Positions 19,586 to 29,890 of a stretch of DNA of 64,000 nucleotides are shown in pieces. Each line of letters begins with the position of its first letter. Positions within the stretch are counted from its first letter, which is position 1. The position numbers and the translations under genes are program-made. The notes under the pieces are model-generated. The model was not told where the DNA came from, did not search any database, and saw nothing but the letters and a program-made list of their open reading frames with translations. The stretch comes from an uncultured virus (IMG/VR IMGVR_UViG_3300042356_002208) (lineage: Duplodnaviria; Heunggongvirae; Uroviricota; Caudoviricetes): the IMG/VR virus record IMGVR_UViG_3300042356_002208. The stretch is one strand, 5' to 3'.

Positions 19586-19924
19586 CTACCATTTGGGAGG
19601 ATTGGCTTGAATGAACTCTTGAGTGTATAGGTGTGAGTTGTCGTTGTACACAATCACATCCTCCCACCATCGGATGCCTAAGTGAAGTCTTGGAACTGCA
19701 AACTTTGAAACATCCTCATCGTGGACGAAGAAGAAAAGATCATTACGACCTCCGGTCTCTGGAATAGGATTTCCCGATGGGTTCAGATCAGGCAGAGTTT
19801 GCACCTCGGTATGATACTTAACTCTAACTCCCATTTCGTTCTTCATGAACTTTACTAACTCTTCTTGTTCTTGTGGAGTAGATCCTACGATAACTCCTGG
19901 CCATACACAAAGTTGATTGAACAT
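19586..19924 (-). CDS. Hypothetical early protein
   Basis: Own promoter and terminator. Confidence 0.75.
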   Translation of the reverse strand: MFNQLCVWPGVIVGSTPQEQEELVKFMKNEMGVRVKYHTEVQTLPDLNPSGNPIPETGGRNDLFFFVHDEDVSKFAVPRLHLGIRWWEDVIVYNDNSHLYTQEFIQANPPKW

Positions 19925-20047
19925 AATTATTTGGTTTTAATTGGTTATAAAGCTAAAGTAATCATTAGGGTCCAGGAAAAAAAATAAACCACAAAAAATT
20001 CCAGCCCGATTTTGTCGGGCTAGATTGCCAGTTGGATTCACCGTTGT

Positions 20048-20332
20048 TTATAGAAGTCTTCGGACCTTAGCGAAGTAAGCCTCTATATCCCGGGCAAACC
20101 TGATTGCTCTTTCAGGAGTCTTGGTGTAGGCAAAGAATTGACAGAACTCACTATCAAACTCTATACCTCGGCAATCGATCCTTTCTTTAATGAAGTCCTC
20201 GAAGTCATGAGCTGATTCAAACTCCTTAATGGTGAATGATCGCTTCATGTTGCCTGTGATAGTCCATTGTGAACCAGCCCAGTCTCCCTTGTAAACGATT
20301 AATCCGGATTCAAATCTAGTTTCTCTATTCAT
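20048..20332 (-). CDS. Hypothetical early protein
   Basis: Own promoter and terminator. Confidence 0.7.
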   Translation of the reverse strand: MNRETRFESGLIVYKGDWAGSQWTITGNMKRSFTIKEFESAHDFEDFIKERIDCRGIEFDSEFCQFFAYTKTPERAIRFARDIEAYFAKVRRLL

Positions 20333-20541
20333 TTTGTTTATCTTTAGTTAAAGTGTTAAACATAGCAAATATAAGTCCTTTAGCACGAATAAAAAAATTA
20401 TTAGCAGTCTAATGTTAATTACGGACGTGCGTGCGGAGTATGTTACCACCATACTATGTTCCGGGGTGTTTATAGGAGGCAATCCAGATCCCACAAAAAA
20501 AGACTCCGAAGAGTCTTTTCATATTTAGGTTTGGTTGTTTA

Positions 20542-21126
20542 TTACTTACCTTCAGGTTTTGCTCCTGCAGCTGGTGCTCCTGGTTTAGCTCCCGGTGCTC
20601 CTGGTTTAGCTCCCGGTGCTCCTGGTTTTACACCACCTTTAGATTTAATTGCTTTATCCTGCATCATTTTCTGATAGTCAGCAAACTTCATTTCTTTCTT
20701 GCTGTCGATGTTAATCATATTACAAGGAACCTTATTCATGTTTAGAAAGCGTGAATAATAGTTTCTAAGTAATAAAGCTGCCTTAGTTGGATCTGCTACC
20801 TGATTCAAAATACCGCTGGTAACTTTACCGAAAGCTTCCTTTGGATTCAATTTCATAGGTTTTTTATCTTTACCGATAACTCCTGCTTTTTCTAGACCTT
20901 GTTGTACAATCTTCGCCATGCCTTGTGATCCTCCAGCTATAACAGAAGCTATACCTTCCCCTGGTGCTGCTCCCTCTGCCTCGTCAAGATTGATAGCTAA
21001 TAGTTCTTCCAGTTCCGCACCATTTACGAAGTCCAATGCTTCTTCGATGCTAAGACCTTCTTCTGAATATCCCGCTTCATAATCGCTTGAAGAGAAATTA
21101 TCAAAATCAATAATGTTTCTACTCAT
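20542..21126 (-). CDS. Hypothetical protein with tag-like N-terminus and KPGAPGA repeat tail
   Basis: NIIDFDNF; 21-bp tandem repeat about 20572-20630; GATATATA upstream. Confidence 0.7.
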   Translation of the reverse strand: MSRNIIDFDNFSSSDYEAGYSEEGLSIEEALDFVNGAELEELLAINLDEAEGAAPGEGIASVIAGGSQGMAKIVQQGLEKAGVIGKDKKPMKLNPKEAFGKVTSGILNQVADPTKAALLLRNYYSRFLNMNKVPCNMINIDSKKEMKFADYQKMMQDKAIKSKGGVKPGAPGAKPGAPGAKPGAPAAGAKPEGK

Positions 21127-21308
21127 AATTTTTGTTTTTTTTTGTTTTGTCGTGTATTGAACTTATATATCTACTTCACATCTAATTTTTACTTCACATC
21201 CACAACACCGTTGGCGACGGTGTGTCGGAGGAGAGCTTAGCGTTTGCCCAACAAAAAAGACCTCGTGTGTACGAGGCCCTTTTCATTTATAACCAACCAA
21301 CCTAAAAT

Positions 21309-21467
21309 CTAATCCCCCTCAGTTTTTGTATTTAGTGCATGTCTTACATAAAGTACAATGCCTATTGCCAGAACAACCATCCAAGCTTTAGGTGTAACCA
21401 TAAAGCTTAGTATTGTAATGACTAGTATAATGTATAATGTCCAATGTATTGTTGTTCTTGTTTTCAT
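21309..21467 (-). CDS. Small membrane protein (52 aa)
   Basis: Manual: MKTRTTIHWTLYIILVITILSFMVTPKAWMVVLAIGIVLYV...; own promoter and terminator. Confidence 0.65.
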   Translation of the reverse strand: MKTRTTIHWTLYIILVITILSFMVTPKAWMVVLAIGIVLYVRHALNTKTEGD

Positions 21468-21525
21468 TTTGTTTTTTAATTGGTTGTAAGATAAAAGTAA
21501 CGATTAGAGTTGGGATAAAAAAATA

Positions 21526-21711
21526 TTATAACCCTATTCCTTCAAAATTATAATTTCCTTTTTTTACCTCTTCAGCTTCTCTCCTTACCGCTTCGTCATA
21601 CCTCGGATTCTTCTTCTCTTCATCCTTGCAACCCATACATATCATTTGGGTATTAAACATGGACATAATGGTAGGGTTAGCTTCCTTTCCGCATCTTTGA
21701 CAATTTCTCAT
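21526..21711 (-). CDS. Small zinc-finger-like protein
   Basis: CQRC..CMGC. Confidence 0.7.
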   Translation of the reverse strand: MRNCQRCGKEANPTIMSMFNTQMICMGCKDEEKKNPRYDEAVRREAEEVKKGNYNFEGIGL

Positions 21712-21795
21712 TTGGTTTCTTTTAATTGGTTAATATAAAAGTACACAATTAGGCCCAGGATAAAAAATTAACCTGGGCCAAATTCCAAATGTTTT

Positions 21796-22095
21796 TTATA
21801 GGTCGTTCAGGATTTCAAACGTGCTGATTTTCCTTGAACCTACCCCGGTTGCCAGGATTGAAACGATTTCCTGATGTAGGTCTTCGACCGTTTTGAAATT
21901 TCTGGCTCCCAAAGGTAATGAACGTTTGAGTTGCATGTTTGAAATTGCAAATCCCATTCCGCTAGGTTGCCAACCACCGTAGTATGAATAGGATAGAGTG
22001 TTGTCCTCATTCAATCGAACAGCTAATGTTTTAGCATTTCCCTGTGGACCGTAAGTTGGGTCAAATAGTCGATAGACAATCAATAGTTTTTTCAT
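21796..22095 (-). CDS. Hypothetical early protein flanked by near-identical promoter copies
   Basis: Direct repeat about 21720-21780 and 22104-22165. Confidence 0.7.
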   Translation of the reverse strand: MKKLLIVYRLFDPTYGPQGNAKTLAVRLNEDNTLSYSYYGGWQPSGMGFAISNMQLKRSLPLGARNFKTVEDLHQEIVSILATGVGSRKISTFEILNDL

Positions 22096-22231
22096 TGGTT
22101 TGTTTTTAATTGGTTATAGTATAAAAGTACACAATTAGGCCCAGGATAAAAAATTAACCCGGGACAGATTTGGAATTTTTTTTAAATGCAAATGCACAAG
22201 ATTCTATTTAAAGAAAAAATGATTTTTGAAA

Positions 22232-22519
22232 TTAATAAGATCTATTAGGTAATTTATTTAGGACTGGATCTCCGCTTGAATACACTTCCTCTATAAATTC
22301 AGATTTAGCAGTACATTCGTTTATAATATTAGAGCTCATAATTTGAAAAGAACCCGTTTCGCTCTTAGCTAGATTGTTAACTATCTTATATTTTTTCGAG
22401 ACAATCTCTTTCGCAGAGGTTTTGTTTTTAGCCCCAACGATAAGTATGACGACCACTACTTCTAGTTGATCCCAATAATCTACCTGCAGGTGATTTAGTA
22501 CTATTTTAAATGCCTTCAT
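22232..22519 (-). CDS. Hypothetical protein
   Basis: ORF track. Confidence 0.55.
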   Translation of the reverse strand: MKAFKIVLNHLQVDYWDQLEVVVVILIVGAKNKTSAKEIVSKKYKIVNNLAKSETGSFQIMSSNIINECTAKSEFIEEVYSSGDPVLNKLPNRSY

Positions 22520-22536
22520 CTTCGAGTCTTTATTGG

Positions 22537-22842
22537 TTACTTTATGTCGTCATATTTAGAACATCTTTTATTAATGATCTCAGCTATCTTTTCTTTGGTG
22601 GAATCTAATTCCAGAAATTCTTTACGAATAAGATCAAATATATCACACTGAATACGTTCAGCCTCCGAAAGATTAGCAAAATGCCAATGTGGCTTCAATA
22701 GTATCTTAGTAGACCCGCTTTTTATACCTTGTATTTTAATCTTAATATTCGGTTTTGCCCGGTGTCTCAAATGATAAGAGTTCTCATTGGACCCAGCCTC
22801 AAATTTGATATCTTTGCTAGTGATTATTTTTTTTCTTTCCAT
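22537..22842 (-). CDS. Hypothetical early protein
   Basis: Early promoter upstream. Confidence 0.65.
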   Translation of the reverse strand: MERKKIITSKDIKFEAGSNENSYHLRHRAKPNIKIKIQGIKSGSTKILLKPHWHFANLSEAERIQCDIFDLIRKEFLELDSTKEKIAEIINKRCSKYDDIK

Positions 22843-23056
22843 AGTTAAATTTTAATTGGTTATAGCATAAATATAAGTATTCCAAATAGGATAAAAAATA
22901 AAATCATAAGGATTAAATCCAATCGGTCTGTATCCATCCACCGTTGGCGACGGTGTTTCCAGCTGCAAAGGATGCAAACCTATACTAAACCTATGGACAC
23001 AAAAAAAGGAGCATAAGCCCCTTTAGTGTAATTGTTTATTTTTTAATCCTCGTCTT

Positions 23057-23593
23057 CTAGTATTCTTTGAGTATTTTAGTAAACCCGCTAGATACGATAT
23101 TGAATTTCGCTGGTATACACTCCACATCAGCATCTTTCCATTTATCGGAATCATTATATTCTTCCTCTGTAATTTCGTCGACGTATATTGTAAAACCTAT
23201 TCCCCTACTAAATCCATCTTTAGAATAATTAGCATCTTCAAAAAAATCATATTCGCTTATTAGCCTAATCAAATCAAATCCTTCTTTTTCTTTATTTTTG
23301 TCAACATGTTTTTTTAAGAGTGGAAAGTAATCATCATATAAGACACGTTCTAAACTATCCGGGTCGTTGGATCTTACCTTAGCTATAAAATCTATCTCTG
23401 TAGTGTAACCATAATCATCTTCCTCTTCCAGCCAGGATTTCATACTAATTATCCTATAGAATTTAGGTGGTTCGTCCTTCGGTGATTCTACCACTACCGG
23501 TTCTTCTTTTTTTGCTACTCTAAATCCATCAGCTACAGATTCTAGCAATTTTATTTGCTCTGGTGTTAGTCCTTCTAACGATAAATTTTTCAT
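23057..23593 (-). CDS. Acidic hypothetical early protein
   Basis: Start reassigned to MKNLSLEG (23593); the ORF-track extension runs through promoter, palindrome and terminator. Confidence 0.75.
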   Translation of the reverse strand: MKNLSLEGLTPEQIKLLESVADGFRVAKKEEPVVVESPKDEPPKFYRIISMKSWLEEEDDYGYTTEIDFIAKVRSNDPDSLERVLYDDYFPLLKKHVDKNKEKEGFDLIRLISEYDFFEDANYSKDGFSRGIGFTIYVDEITEEEYNDSDKWKDADVECIPAKFNIVSSGFTKILKEY

Positions 23594-23786
23594 TTGGTAT
23601 TCTTTTAATTGGTTATAGTATAAATATAAGAATTTGGAATAGGATAAAAAAATAAAACCATAAGGATTAAATCCGATCGGTCTGTATCCGTCCACCGTTG
23701 GCGACGGTGTTTCAAGGTAGATAAGCTGCAAACTTATGCCCACAAAAAAAGGATCCGAAGATCCTTTTAATAATTTGTGATTTGAT

Positions 23787-24149
23787 CTATTCCCATTCCT
23801 TGAATGATAATGTCCCATCCTCATTGATGAATTGACGATTACCCTTGGTCGTATATCTCTCATCGACAAAAACTGAAAATGCCTGCTCATCATCTTCTTC
23901 AAGATAATCATCAATCATTTCCCGACCCAATTCTGGATCATCATGAAATGCAATTGAAAATTTGGTGAGATCCTCTTCAGTACCTCGGAAGGTAACCTCT
24001 GGCCAAGCTCCTCCCGGACCAACTGGAATAAGACCAACAATTTGCAGATTGAATACCTCGCATACCTCTTGAAGATAGGTTAGGAATTTTCCAGTGTCAT
24101 TGCAAGGTCCGTCAAATGCAATGTCTAAGCTAAATCTTTTTAATTTCAT
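23787..24149 (-). CDS. Acidic hypothetical early protein
   Basis: Own promoter and terminator. Confidence 0.75.
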   Translation of the reverse strand: MKLKRFSLDIAFDGPCNDTGKFLTYLQEVCEVFNLQIVGLIPVGPGGAWPEVTFRGTEEDLTKFSIAFHDDPELGREMIDDYLEEDDEQAFSVFVDERYTTKGNRQFINEDGTLSFKEWE

Positions 24150-24350
24150 GGTTGTTTTTTGATTGGTTATGATACAAATATAAGAATTTAAGGCTGGGGA
24201 AAAAAATAAAATCTAAAACTTTTTGGCCGGAATCGATCTGGATTCGTCCACCGTTGGCGACGGTGTTTCCAGCTGCAACAGCTGCAAATCCAGCTGCACA
24301 AAAAAAGAGACCCGAAGGTCTCTCTTTTCTATATATGGAGTTGAGGAGAT

Positions 24351-24638
24351 TTATGAAATGTTCTCTTCTACTGTGTAGAACGTGCGGGTTGAGTTTTCTT
24401 TCTTAACTCGAACAACGGCTGTTCCTGTTGGACCAATCTCGGATGTCTTCTCTAGAATCACCGAGGATCCTTGAGCCATTGTGGTTGGTGTTCCTGAGAT
24501 GTCCTTTTTGCCAAACACCTTGATGCCTGCTGTAAGGACTTTGTGAATCTTCTGACCTACTGTCATTGAAGATGCTTGTGGACCTGTTCCTTTTGAGGAA
24601 ATAAAACGTCCAGTCTTTGGATCTCGATTTTTGTTCAT
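24351..24638 (-). CDS. Basic hypothetical protein (RDPKTGRF motif)
   Basis: Own promoter and terminator. Confidence 0.7.
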   Translation of the reverse strand: MNKNRDPKTGRFISSKGTGPQASSMTVGQKIHKVLTAGIKVFGKKDISGTPTTMAQGSSVILEKTSEIGPTGTAVVRVKKENSTRTFYTVEENIS

Positions 24639-24695
24639 ATCGTGAATTTAATTGGTTTGTGAATCAAATATAAGAACTTAGTTCGGGATAAAAAA

Positions 24696-24932
24696 TTAAT
24701 CCTCTGGATAATGCTCTTCGAGGATCTCGCACCCATGTATTTCTCCCCAACCGCCAAATCCGAATCGCTCTCCGTCTTTCACCTCGGCCAGGTATATCGG
24801 ACATTGTGAATCTGAGAATACTGAATCGCTGGATCGTTCCACCTCGGAATCGAAATGAGCCTTTGCTTTCCCTTGGTCTGCCGTTACCATGTATGAATCC
24901 CCGTCGGGGTGTGTCGTGATTACTATGTACAT
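24696..24932 (-). CDS. Hypothetical protein
   Basis: ORF track. Confidence 0.65.
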   Translation of the reverse strand: MYIVITTHPDGDSYMVTADQGKAKAHFDSEVERSSDSVFSDSQCPIYLAEVKDGERFGFGGWGEIHGCEILEEHYPED

Positions 24933-24956
24933 GACTTTGTGTTTTTGTGGTTAGAC

Positions 24957-25208
24957 TTAATCAATCCAAATTTGCTGAGTGTGGGAAACCGATCTCCAAG
25001 CGTTCTTCTCCAGGTCGAAGAAAGTGGTTACCCCTTGTGGTGCGTTGCCACCCTTAGGCTGACCTGATGTAGGAACTCTTGTGAGGTCCAATGTTCCCAT
25101 TGCGATGCGAAGGGATCCGTCTGTTTTTCTGAAGTAGAAACGAACTGTTCCTCTGCGAAGTCTTTCCTTAAGAACCTCGTGTGTGATTGTAACTAATGAA
25201 GCTGACAT
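24957..25208 (-). CDS. SH3-like/WYL-like beta-barrel protein
   Basis: VRFYFRKTDGSLRIAMGTL..FFDLEKNAWRS. Confidence 0.7.
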   Translation of the reverse strand: MSASLVTITHEVLKERLRRGTVRFYFRKTDGSLRIAMGTLDLTRVPTSGQPKGGNAPQGVTTFFDLEKNAWRSVSHTQQIWID

Positions 25209-25266
25209 AGGATATTTTTTAATTGGTTATAAAGTAAAAGTAAGGTTCTAACCCGGGATAAAAAAA

Positions 25267-25380
25267 TTATTCCGGGTCTTTTTTATGCTTTTTTTTACGG
25301 GTGTATTTCTTCCGATTCTTGTACACATTAGGCCTTGTGACCATCTGGATTTCCTGTATGGTAACCTCAATCTTTTCCAT
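25267..25380 (-). CDS. Small basic protein (37 aa)
   Basis: Manual: MEKIEVTIQEIQMVTRPNVYKNRKKYTRKKKHKKDPE. Confidence 0.6.
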   Translation of the reverse strand: MEKIEVTIQEIQMVTRPNVYKNRKKYTRKKKHKKDPE

Positions 25381-25382
25381 GG

Positions 25383-25538
25383 TTAGTATTGGAGTAAGTC
25401 AGCGGCGAGTTCTCCAGTGGAAACACCGTTGAAAGTTATTTCATAGTTGGGATCCATGCCAGAGGACATGATATCAGAGATGAGTTCATCAACAGTAGAA
25501 AACTCTCGGGTATAATAATCACAGTTCAATGAGTACAT
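25383..25538 (-). CDS. Small acidic protein (51 aa)
   Basis: Manual: MYSLNCDYYTREFSTVDELISDIMSSGMDPNYEITF...; early leader upstream. Confidence 0.65.
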   Translation of the reverse strand: MYSLNCDYYTREFSTVDELISDIMSSGMDPNYEITFNGVSTGELAADLLQY

Positions 25539-25623
25539 GAGGATTGCTTTAATTGGTTATGATACAAATATAACAATTAGACCTAGGATAAAAAAATTAA
25601 CCGGGATAAAATTATCTCACTTT

Positions 25624-25938
25624 CTACCTGATGAGATTTGTGTATTCCTCCTCACTAATCTCTTCTTCCTTTGCAACTAAATAGCTATCGCTTTCGGTAT
25701 TAGAATAATCAAGTTGAAACTCCCAATCCTCAATATTGAACTCCTCTGAAATTTCATGTAAATCTTCCAAATACTCCTTGAGATCAATAAACATGAAAGG
25801 GTGATTTCCACCGATTTTCTTTAGAGTTCCCAGCGGATTGTTCTTATCAAATACTGAAACGAGTGCTACGTTCGATCTCCTCTTGTTAGTATAATATACC
25901 GGATTTTCCGTTATACAAGTTATCTTTACAAATCCCAT
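25624..25938 (-). CDS. Hypothetical early protein
   Basis: Early promoter upstream. Confidence 0.65.
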   Translation of the reverse strand: MGFVKITCITENPVYYTNKRRSNVALVSVFDKNNPLGTLKKIGGNHPFMFIDLKEYLEDLHEISEEFNIEDWEFQLDYSNTESDSYLVAKEEEISEEEYTNLIR

Positions 25939-26085
25939 AACATCTAAATTGGTTAATGTAGCTAATATACATAACTACTACAGGATAAAAAAGATTAACC
26001 GGGATAAAAAAGTTTCCGAGGTGTAATCAACTGTCTACAGCTTGACGACTGAAAGCAGATATATACATCAAATAAAGAATAAATC

Positions 26086-26487
26086 ATGCTAAACAACATC
26101 AAATCTTACGGAGAAGAAATTAATGAAGCAGCAGCATTACCCAAAATGCCAGAATTCCTTAAAAAGATCGGTGCTAAAACTGCAACACCTCACGGTGGTC
26201 CTTGGAATAAGAATCCGATTGCAAATCACTGGGAGGTCGAAATAAAGAATACTATGAGCACATCTTTCTCCGCCTACAAAACTTTTACCGTAGATTTCTA
26301 TCCTGACGGAAGATGGGAAGCTAGCCTATTTCCTAAATTCAAAATGGGTTACAATAACAAATTATATTTCTCAGGTAAATACAAAGCATCATCATCTGCT
26401 AAGTCTAATTTATTTGGTAAAGCTATTCCTGGAGTTGAAATAACATCCACTGACATCTGTGTTCCTCGAATAATGACATATGATTAA
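26086..26487 (+). CDS. Hypothetical protein with N-terminal tag (late island)
   Basis: NNIKSYGEEINE; GATATATA upstream. Confidence 0.7.
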   Translation: MLNNIKSYGEEINEAAALPKMPEFLKKIGAKTATPHGGPWNKNPIANHWEVEIKNTMSTSFSAYKTFTVDFYPDGRWEASLFPKFKMGYNNKLYFSGKYKASSSAKSNLFGKAIPGVEITSTDICVPRIMTYD

Positions 26488-26603
26488 TCCGATCGTCTAG
26501 TAGATTACACCGTCGCCAACGGTATTTCCTCCATGCACGAATCCATAACTCACAAAAAAAGTCTCAGAAATTCTGAGACTTTTTTGTTGTTGCTCTATGG
26601 AGG

Positions 26604-26930
26604 TTACACCTCGGGACGGTATTGATCCGCATCCTCGTTGTTCATCTCCCAGTAGAATATCTCCCAGTACCCGCTCAATGAATAACCCATATCACGATAA
26701 AGCTTTCTGACACTCTCATCATTCTTACCTAAGCCCATGTGATGAAATAACATCCATACATCATTGAAGTTGATTCGATCTAGAATCGTCTTCACCGTTG
26801 GCTGAGACTTCCATCTCCATGTACCTTGCTCATCCTCGATGATTTCGTGGTCATGGTGCGATTCCTTTCTCATGATCTCTGCATAGTCAGGACTCGTCTT
26901 TGCTGCTTCTTCTCTTGAAACTGTTTTCAT
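26604..26930 (-). CDS. Hypothetical protein
   Basis: ORF track; terminator downstream. Confidence 0.7.
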   Translation of the reverse strand: MKTVSREEAAKTSPDYAEIMRKESHHDHEIIEDEQGTWRWKSQPTVKTILDRINFNDVWMLFHHMGLGKNDESVRKLYRDMGYSLSGYWEIFYWEMNNEDADQYRPEV

Positions 26931-26987
26931 TTTTTTGGTTTTTATGTGCGCGAGCGAGAGTATCTTACCACCATACTATGTATGGGA

Positions 26988-27257
26988 TCAGTAGGATGAT
27001 CTTCTTTCCAAAGCGAAATGAAGATCTAATCCCCAAGGGAATTTGTGAGCAACTAATCCACCAGTTCCAGTGCTTGAGTATTCCTTCTCATCAGAAGCAA
27101 CAGCTCTTAATAATCTAGACGCAGTTGATCTTATCTCATCCACCGAGGGAACTGATTGTCCGTGTTGATTGACCCAAGTCCAGTTGGTGAGGATCATATA
27201 ATCTCTCACCTTCTGGAAGTCAAATCTTTCTAAGATGGTTTGAATCTTTTCTTCCAT
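26988..27257 (-). CDS. Hypothetical protein
   Basis: ORF track. Confidence 0.7.
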   Translation of the reverse strand: MEEKIQTILERFDFQKVRDYMILTNWTWVNQHGQSVPSVDEIRSTASRLLRAVASDEKEYSSTGTGGLVAHKFPWGLDLHFALERRSSY

Positions 27258-27263
27258 GGCTTC

Positions 27264-27428
27264 TTAGTTTAGACAAACAATCAATTCATAATTTTTGCTC
27301 TCTAAAACCTGAACGTGTGGGTTGTGTGCGAGGAATAGCATTTTTGCAACCTCTCTTTCTACTCGGGAGATATGCTCTGACAGAGCTTTGAAGAACTCCT
27401 CTCTTTCTTTTTCATCGTCTGAATTCAT
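27264..27428 (-). CDS. Small hypothetical protein (54 aa)
   Basis: Manual: MNSDDEKEREEFFKALSEH...; early leader upstream. Confidence 0.6.
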   Translation of the reverse strand: MNSDDEKEREEFFKALSEHISRVEREVAKMLFLAHNPHVQVLESKNYELIVCLN

Positions 27429-27484
27429 GTTCTTTGTTTTAATTGGTTATCTTAAATATAAGAATCACTATCCAGGAAAAAAAA

Positions 27485-27712
27485 TTAATCCACAATAAAA
27501 TAATCAGCTTCTAAAATTTTAACTTCTTCCGAATTCAAAATATCCCTGAAGTTATCTACATAGCAATCCACCTTACCGAAGCATGTTTCTTCTATAGCAT
27601 TGTCTGCCTTCCTGATAAGTTCTTCTATCGTGTCAAACGTGATCGTTCGGCTCACCGTTGGATAACCCTCAATCTTTCTCCCACAGATTCTAATGTCAAT
27701 TTTTCTTGTCAT
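27485..27712 (-). CDS. Hypothetical protein
   Basis: Start reassigned to MTRKID, coupled to upstream stop. Confidence 0.6.
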   Translation of the reverse strand: MTRKIDIRICGRKIEGYPTVSRTITFDTIEELIRKADNAIEETCFGKVDCYVDNFRDILNSEEVKILEADYFIVD

Positions 27713-28002
27713 GGTATTTGGTTTTTGATTTGTTGATACTCTTCTTCGGTAAACAGCTGCACCTTGCACCACCGTTGTTCCCACTCGGCTATGTACTCTT
27801 CCTTCAGATATGCAATAGCATCATCCTCGGTCTCTCCGTCCTCTCTCACCTCATCAACATCATAAGGTGAGATTACAAAGTTCTCTATAAGTGTACCCTC
27901 AGGAAGGTATTCCTTAGGCCCAGTAACGATTGCTCTAAAAACTAAATCTTTTTCCATGTTTCTATCTTCTATATCGTGAATCAAATTTGCCAACCAACTC
28001 AT
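27709..28002 (-). CDS. Acidic hypothetical protein
   Basis: ORF track. Confidence 0.65.
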   Translation of the reverse strand: MSWLANLIHDIEDRNMEKDLVFRAIVTGPKEYLPEGTLIENFVISPYDVDEVREDGETEDDAIAYLKEEYIAEWEQRWCKVQLFTEEEYQQIKNQIP

Positions 28003-28174
28003 CGTATAACTCCTCGGAAACCCCTTCGAACTTACCGTCCCTTCCCTCGTTGATAAATAGCCTGTTATTTTCTCTTTGGATAACTTTAGACCCGAATGGT
28101 GGATGAAGTGATAGAGCAGCGTACTTCTTGTCTCTCTTCATCTTAGTTAGCTTGTCGATGATTACATCTTCCAT
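27962..28174 (-). CDS. Hypothetical early protein
   Basis: Early promoter upstream. Confidence 0.6.
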   Translation of the reverse strand: MEDVIIDKLTKMKRDKKYAALSLHPPFGSKVIQRENNRLFINEGRDGKFEGVSEELYDELVGKFDSRYRR

Positions 28175-28234
28175 AAGATTCGTTTTAATTGGTTAACTTA
28201 AATATAAGAATTTAGCCCGGGATAAAAAAATTAC

Positions 28235-28678
28235 CTACAGCATATTTCGAATGGAGTACCATGACTTTAGAGCTGCTATCTTCTCATCTGAGATTCCTTT
28301 CTTGGATAACAAATACTCTAACTCCTCTCTGTCCTTCTTACGAAGCTTAGTGAGATCAACAAGGTAGATTGCATTCTCTATCGAGGCCCCCTCCCTAACT
28401 ATTTCAGCTATCTGTTCGGTTGCCTTGACACCGAGGGCTGAGTCAAATTTTGTTTTGACACCATATTCATACCAGTGGAAGTCATCTCTCCTCTTGTTGG
28501 ATCTGATGAGGTTGAGTCCAAATAGATCTGTGATCTTATGGATGTGCTTGGTTGTTGTTCTAGAGTATTTACCTAACTCTATAAGACTGTTGCCTGATAT
28601 CTCTGCAACTACAGTATCATAGCTGATAACTTGGTTTCCTGAGATGTGGAGATTGTCTCCTACTTTTAAGGTTAGCAT
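28235..28678 (-). CDS. Hypothetical early protein
   Basis: SYDTVVA..YSRTTTKHI; early promoter. Confidence 0.7.
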   Translation of the reverse strand: MLTLKVGDNLHISGNQVISYDTVVAEISGNSLIELGKYSRTTTKHIHKITDLFGLNLIRSNKRRDDFHWYEYGVKTKFDSALGVKATEQIAEIVREGASIENAIYLVDLTKLRKKDREELEYLLSKKGISDEKIAALKSWYSIRNML

Positions 28679-28888
28679 TGTTTTGTTATTAATTGGTTAT
28701 AGCTAATTTAACCATTCTAACCCAGGATAAAAAATAAACCCGGATTATTTTTGTTTAATCTTTTAGCAAATAAGTTAAACGTGAATGTGTGTATACCGTC
28801 GACGGTGTTACTCAAAGAGAAAGAAGATGACGAACCATTTGGCCACAAAAAATCCCCAGATAGTCTGAGGATTTTTTGTGAAATAGTT

Positions 28889-29290
28889 TTAGATAGCCTC
28901 TACTAATTCTACTTCTGGAGTCTTCAATACGAAAAACCAATCTGGTGCACCTCCATTACCACAGGCAACTGCAATACCTAAATCTGTGTAGTACTCCCAA
29001 CTGGTCACATATTCCTGAGTGCTCTTAACAGTTTTCTCTGGTAATGAATTGGCAATCACACCTTTGAATTTTTCAACATCATCACCCTCGCTATTGAGAG
29101 CTAAAAGATAATCTGGACTAATACCCAGATTCTTCTCTAGATTTTGAAATCCTGGATCGTTGGCCCAGTCATCTGCTGTTTTTCCGTCGTTCTCATCAAA
29201 CTCTGCCCAATAGGATGTACTAGACAAATTGGATACTGGTGTTCCTCCTTCCCCTTCTTGAAAGAACTCGAATACTTTAACTTGATTCAT
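28889..29290 (-). CDS. Acidic hypothetical early protein
   Basis: Own promoter and terminator. Confidence 0.7.
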   Translation of the reverse strand: MNQVKVFEFFQEGEGGTPVSNLSSTSYWAEFDENDGKTADDWANDPGFQNLEKNLGISPDYLLALNSEGDDVEKFKGVIANSLPEKTVKSTQEYVTSWEYYTDLGIAVACGNGGAPDWFFVLKTPEVELVEAI

Positions 29291-29476
29291 GCTTCTTTTT
29301 ATTTTTATGTTTGATCAAATATAAGCATTTAGCACAGGTATAAAAAAATATTTACGCTGTAATTTCGTTAAAGTTTCCTCAGCACTGCCGACGGTGTTAC
29401 CAGCTGCTGCGAATTCAGCACACACAAAAAAGGTCCCGGATTAACCGAGACCTTTTCATCAGTTCCTAAAGCAGGA

Positions 29477-29821
29477 TCAGAACTGATGTTTTTCAAATCT
29501 TTTTAAGAATTGTTTTGATGTTAGCTCAGAGGCATTCACTTCCAGCCCAATCATTCTCTTCACCTCATCCTTGGTAATGTATCTCTGAACCATCTTGCCT
29601 CTCTTTCGGGAATAGAAGAAGCTACCGTGGATCGTCTCCAGTAGATGTAAACGGTTGTAGAACTTCTCCCAGTTCTTTTCTGTAATCGAACGCATACCCA
29701 CGCTCATTGTGGATAGGATAATCGTTTCAGCAATTTGGTTGAGTTTGAAAGTTCCGTTCGGATTCTTTCTGTACAGTCTTTTGTGATGACTGATTTTTCT
29801 TAGATCAAAATTCAAAGGCAT
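29477..29821 (-). CDS. Basic hypothetical early protein
   Basis: Own promoter and terminator. Confidence 0.7.
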   Translation of the reverse strand: MPLNFDLRKISHHKRLYRKNPNGTFKLNQIAETIILSTMSVGMRSITEKNWEKFYNRLHLLETIHGSFFYSRKRGKMVQRYITKDEVKRMIGLEVNASELTSKQFLKRFEKHQF

Positions 29822-29890
29822 ACTCTTTGTTTTAATTGGTTATGAGATAAAAGTAATAATCCAGACTGGGATAAAAAAATAAACCAGAGG

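Noticed and set aside
20456..20674. Plus-strand ORF with APGAPGL repeats
   Set aside because: Antisense shadow of the KPGAPGA tail of gene 20542-21126
23594..23914. Long N-terminal extensions in the ORF track (23057..23914, 31263..31817, 17952..18230, 27485..27784, 11851..12627)
   Set aside because: They run through promoters, palindromes, terminators or other genes; downstream ATGs fit the conserved leader or paralogue starts
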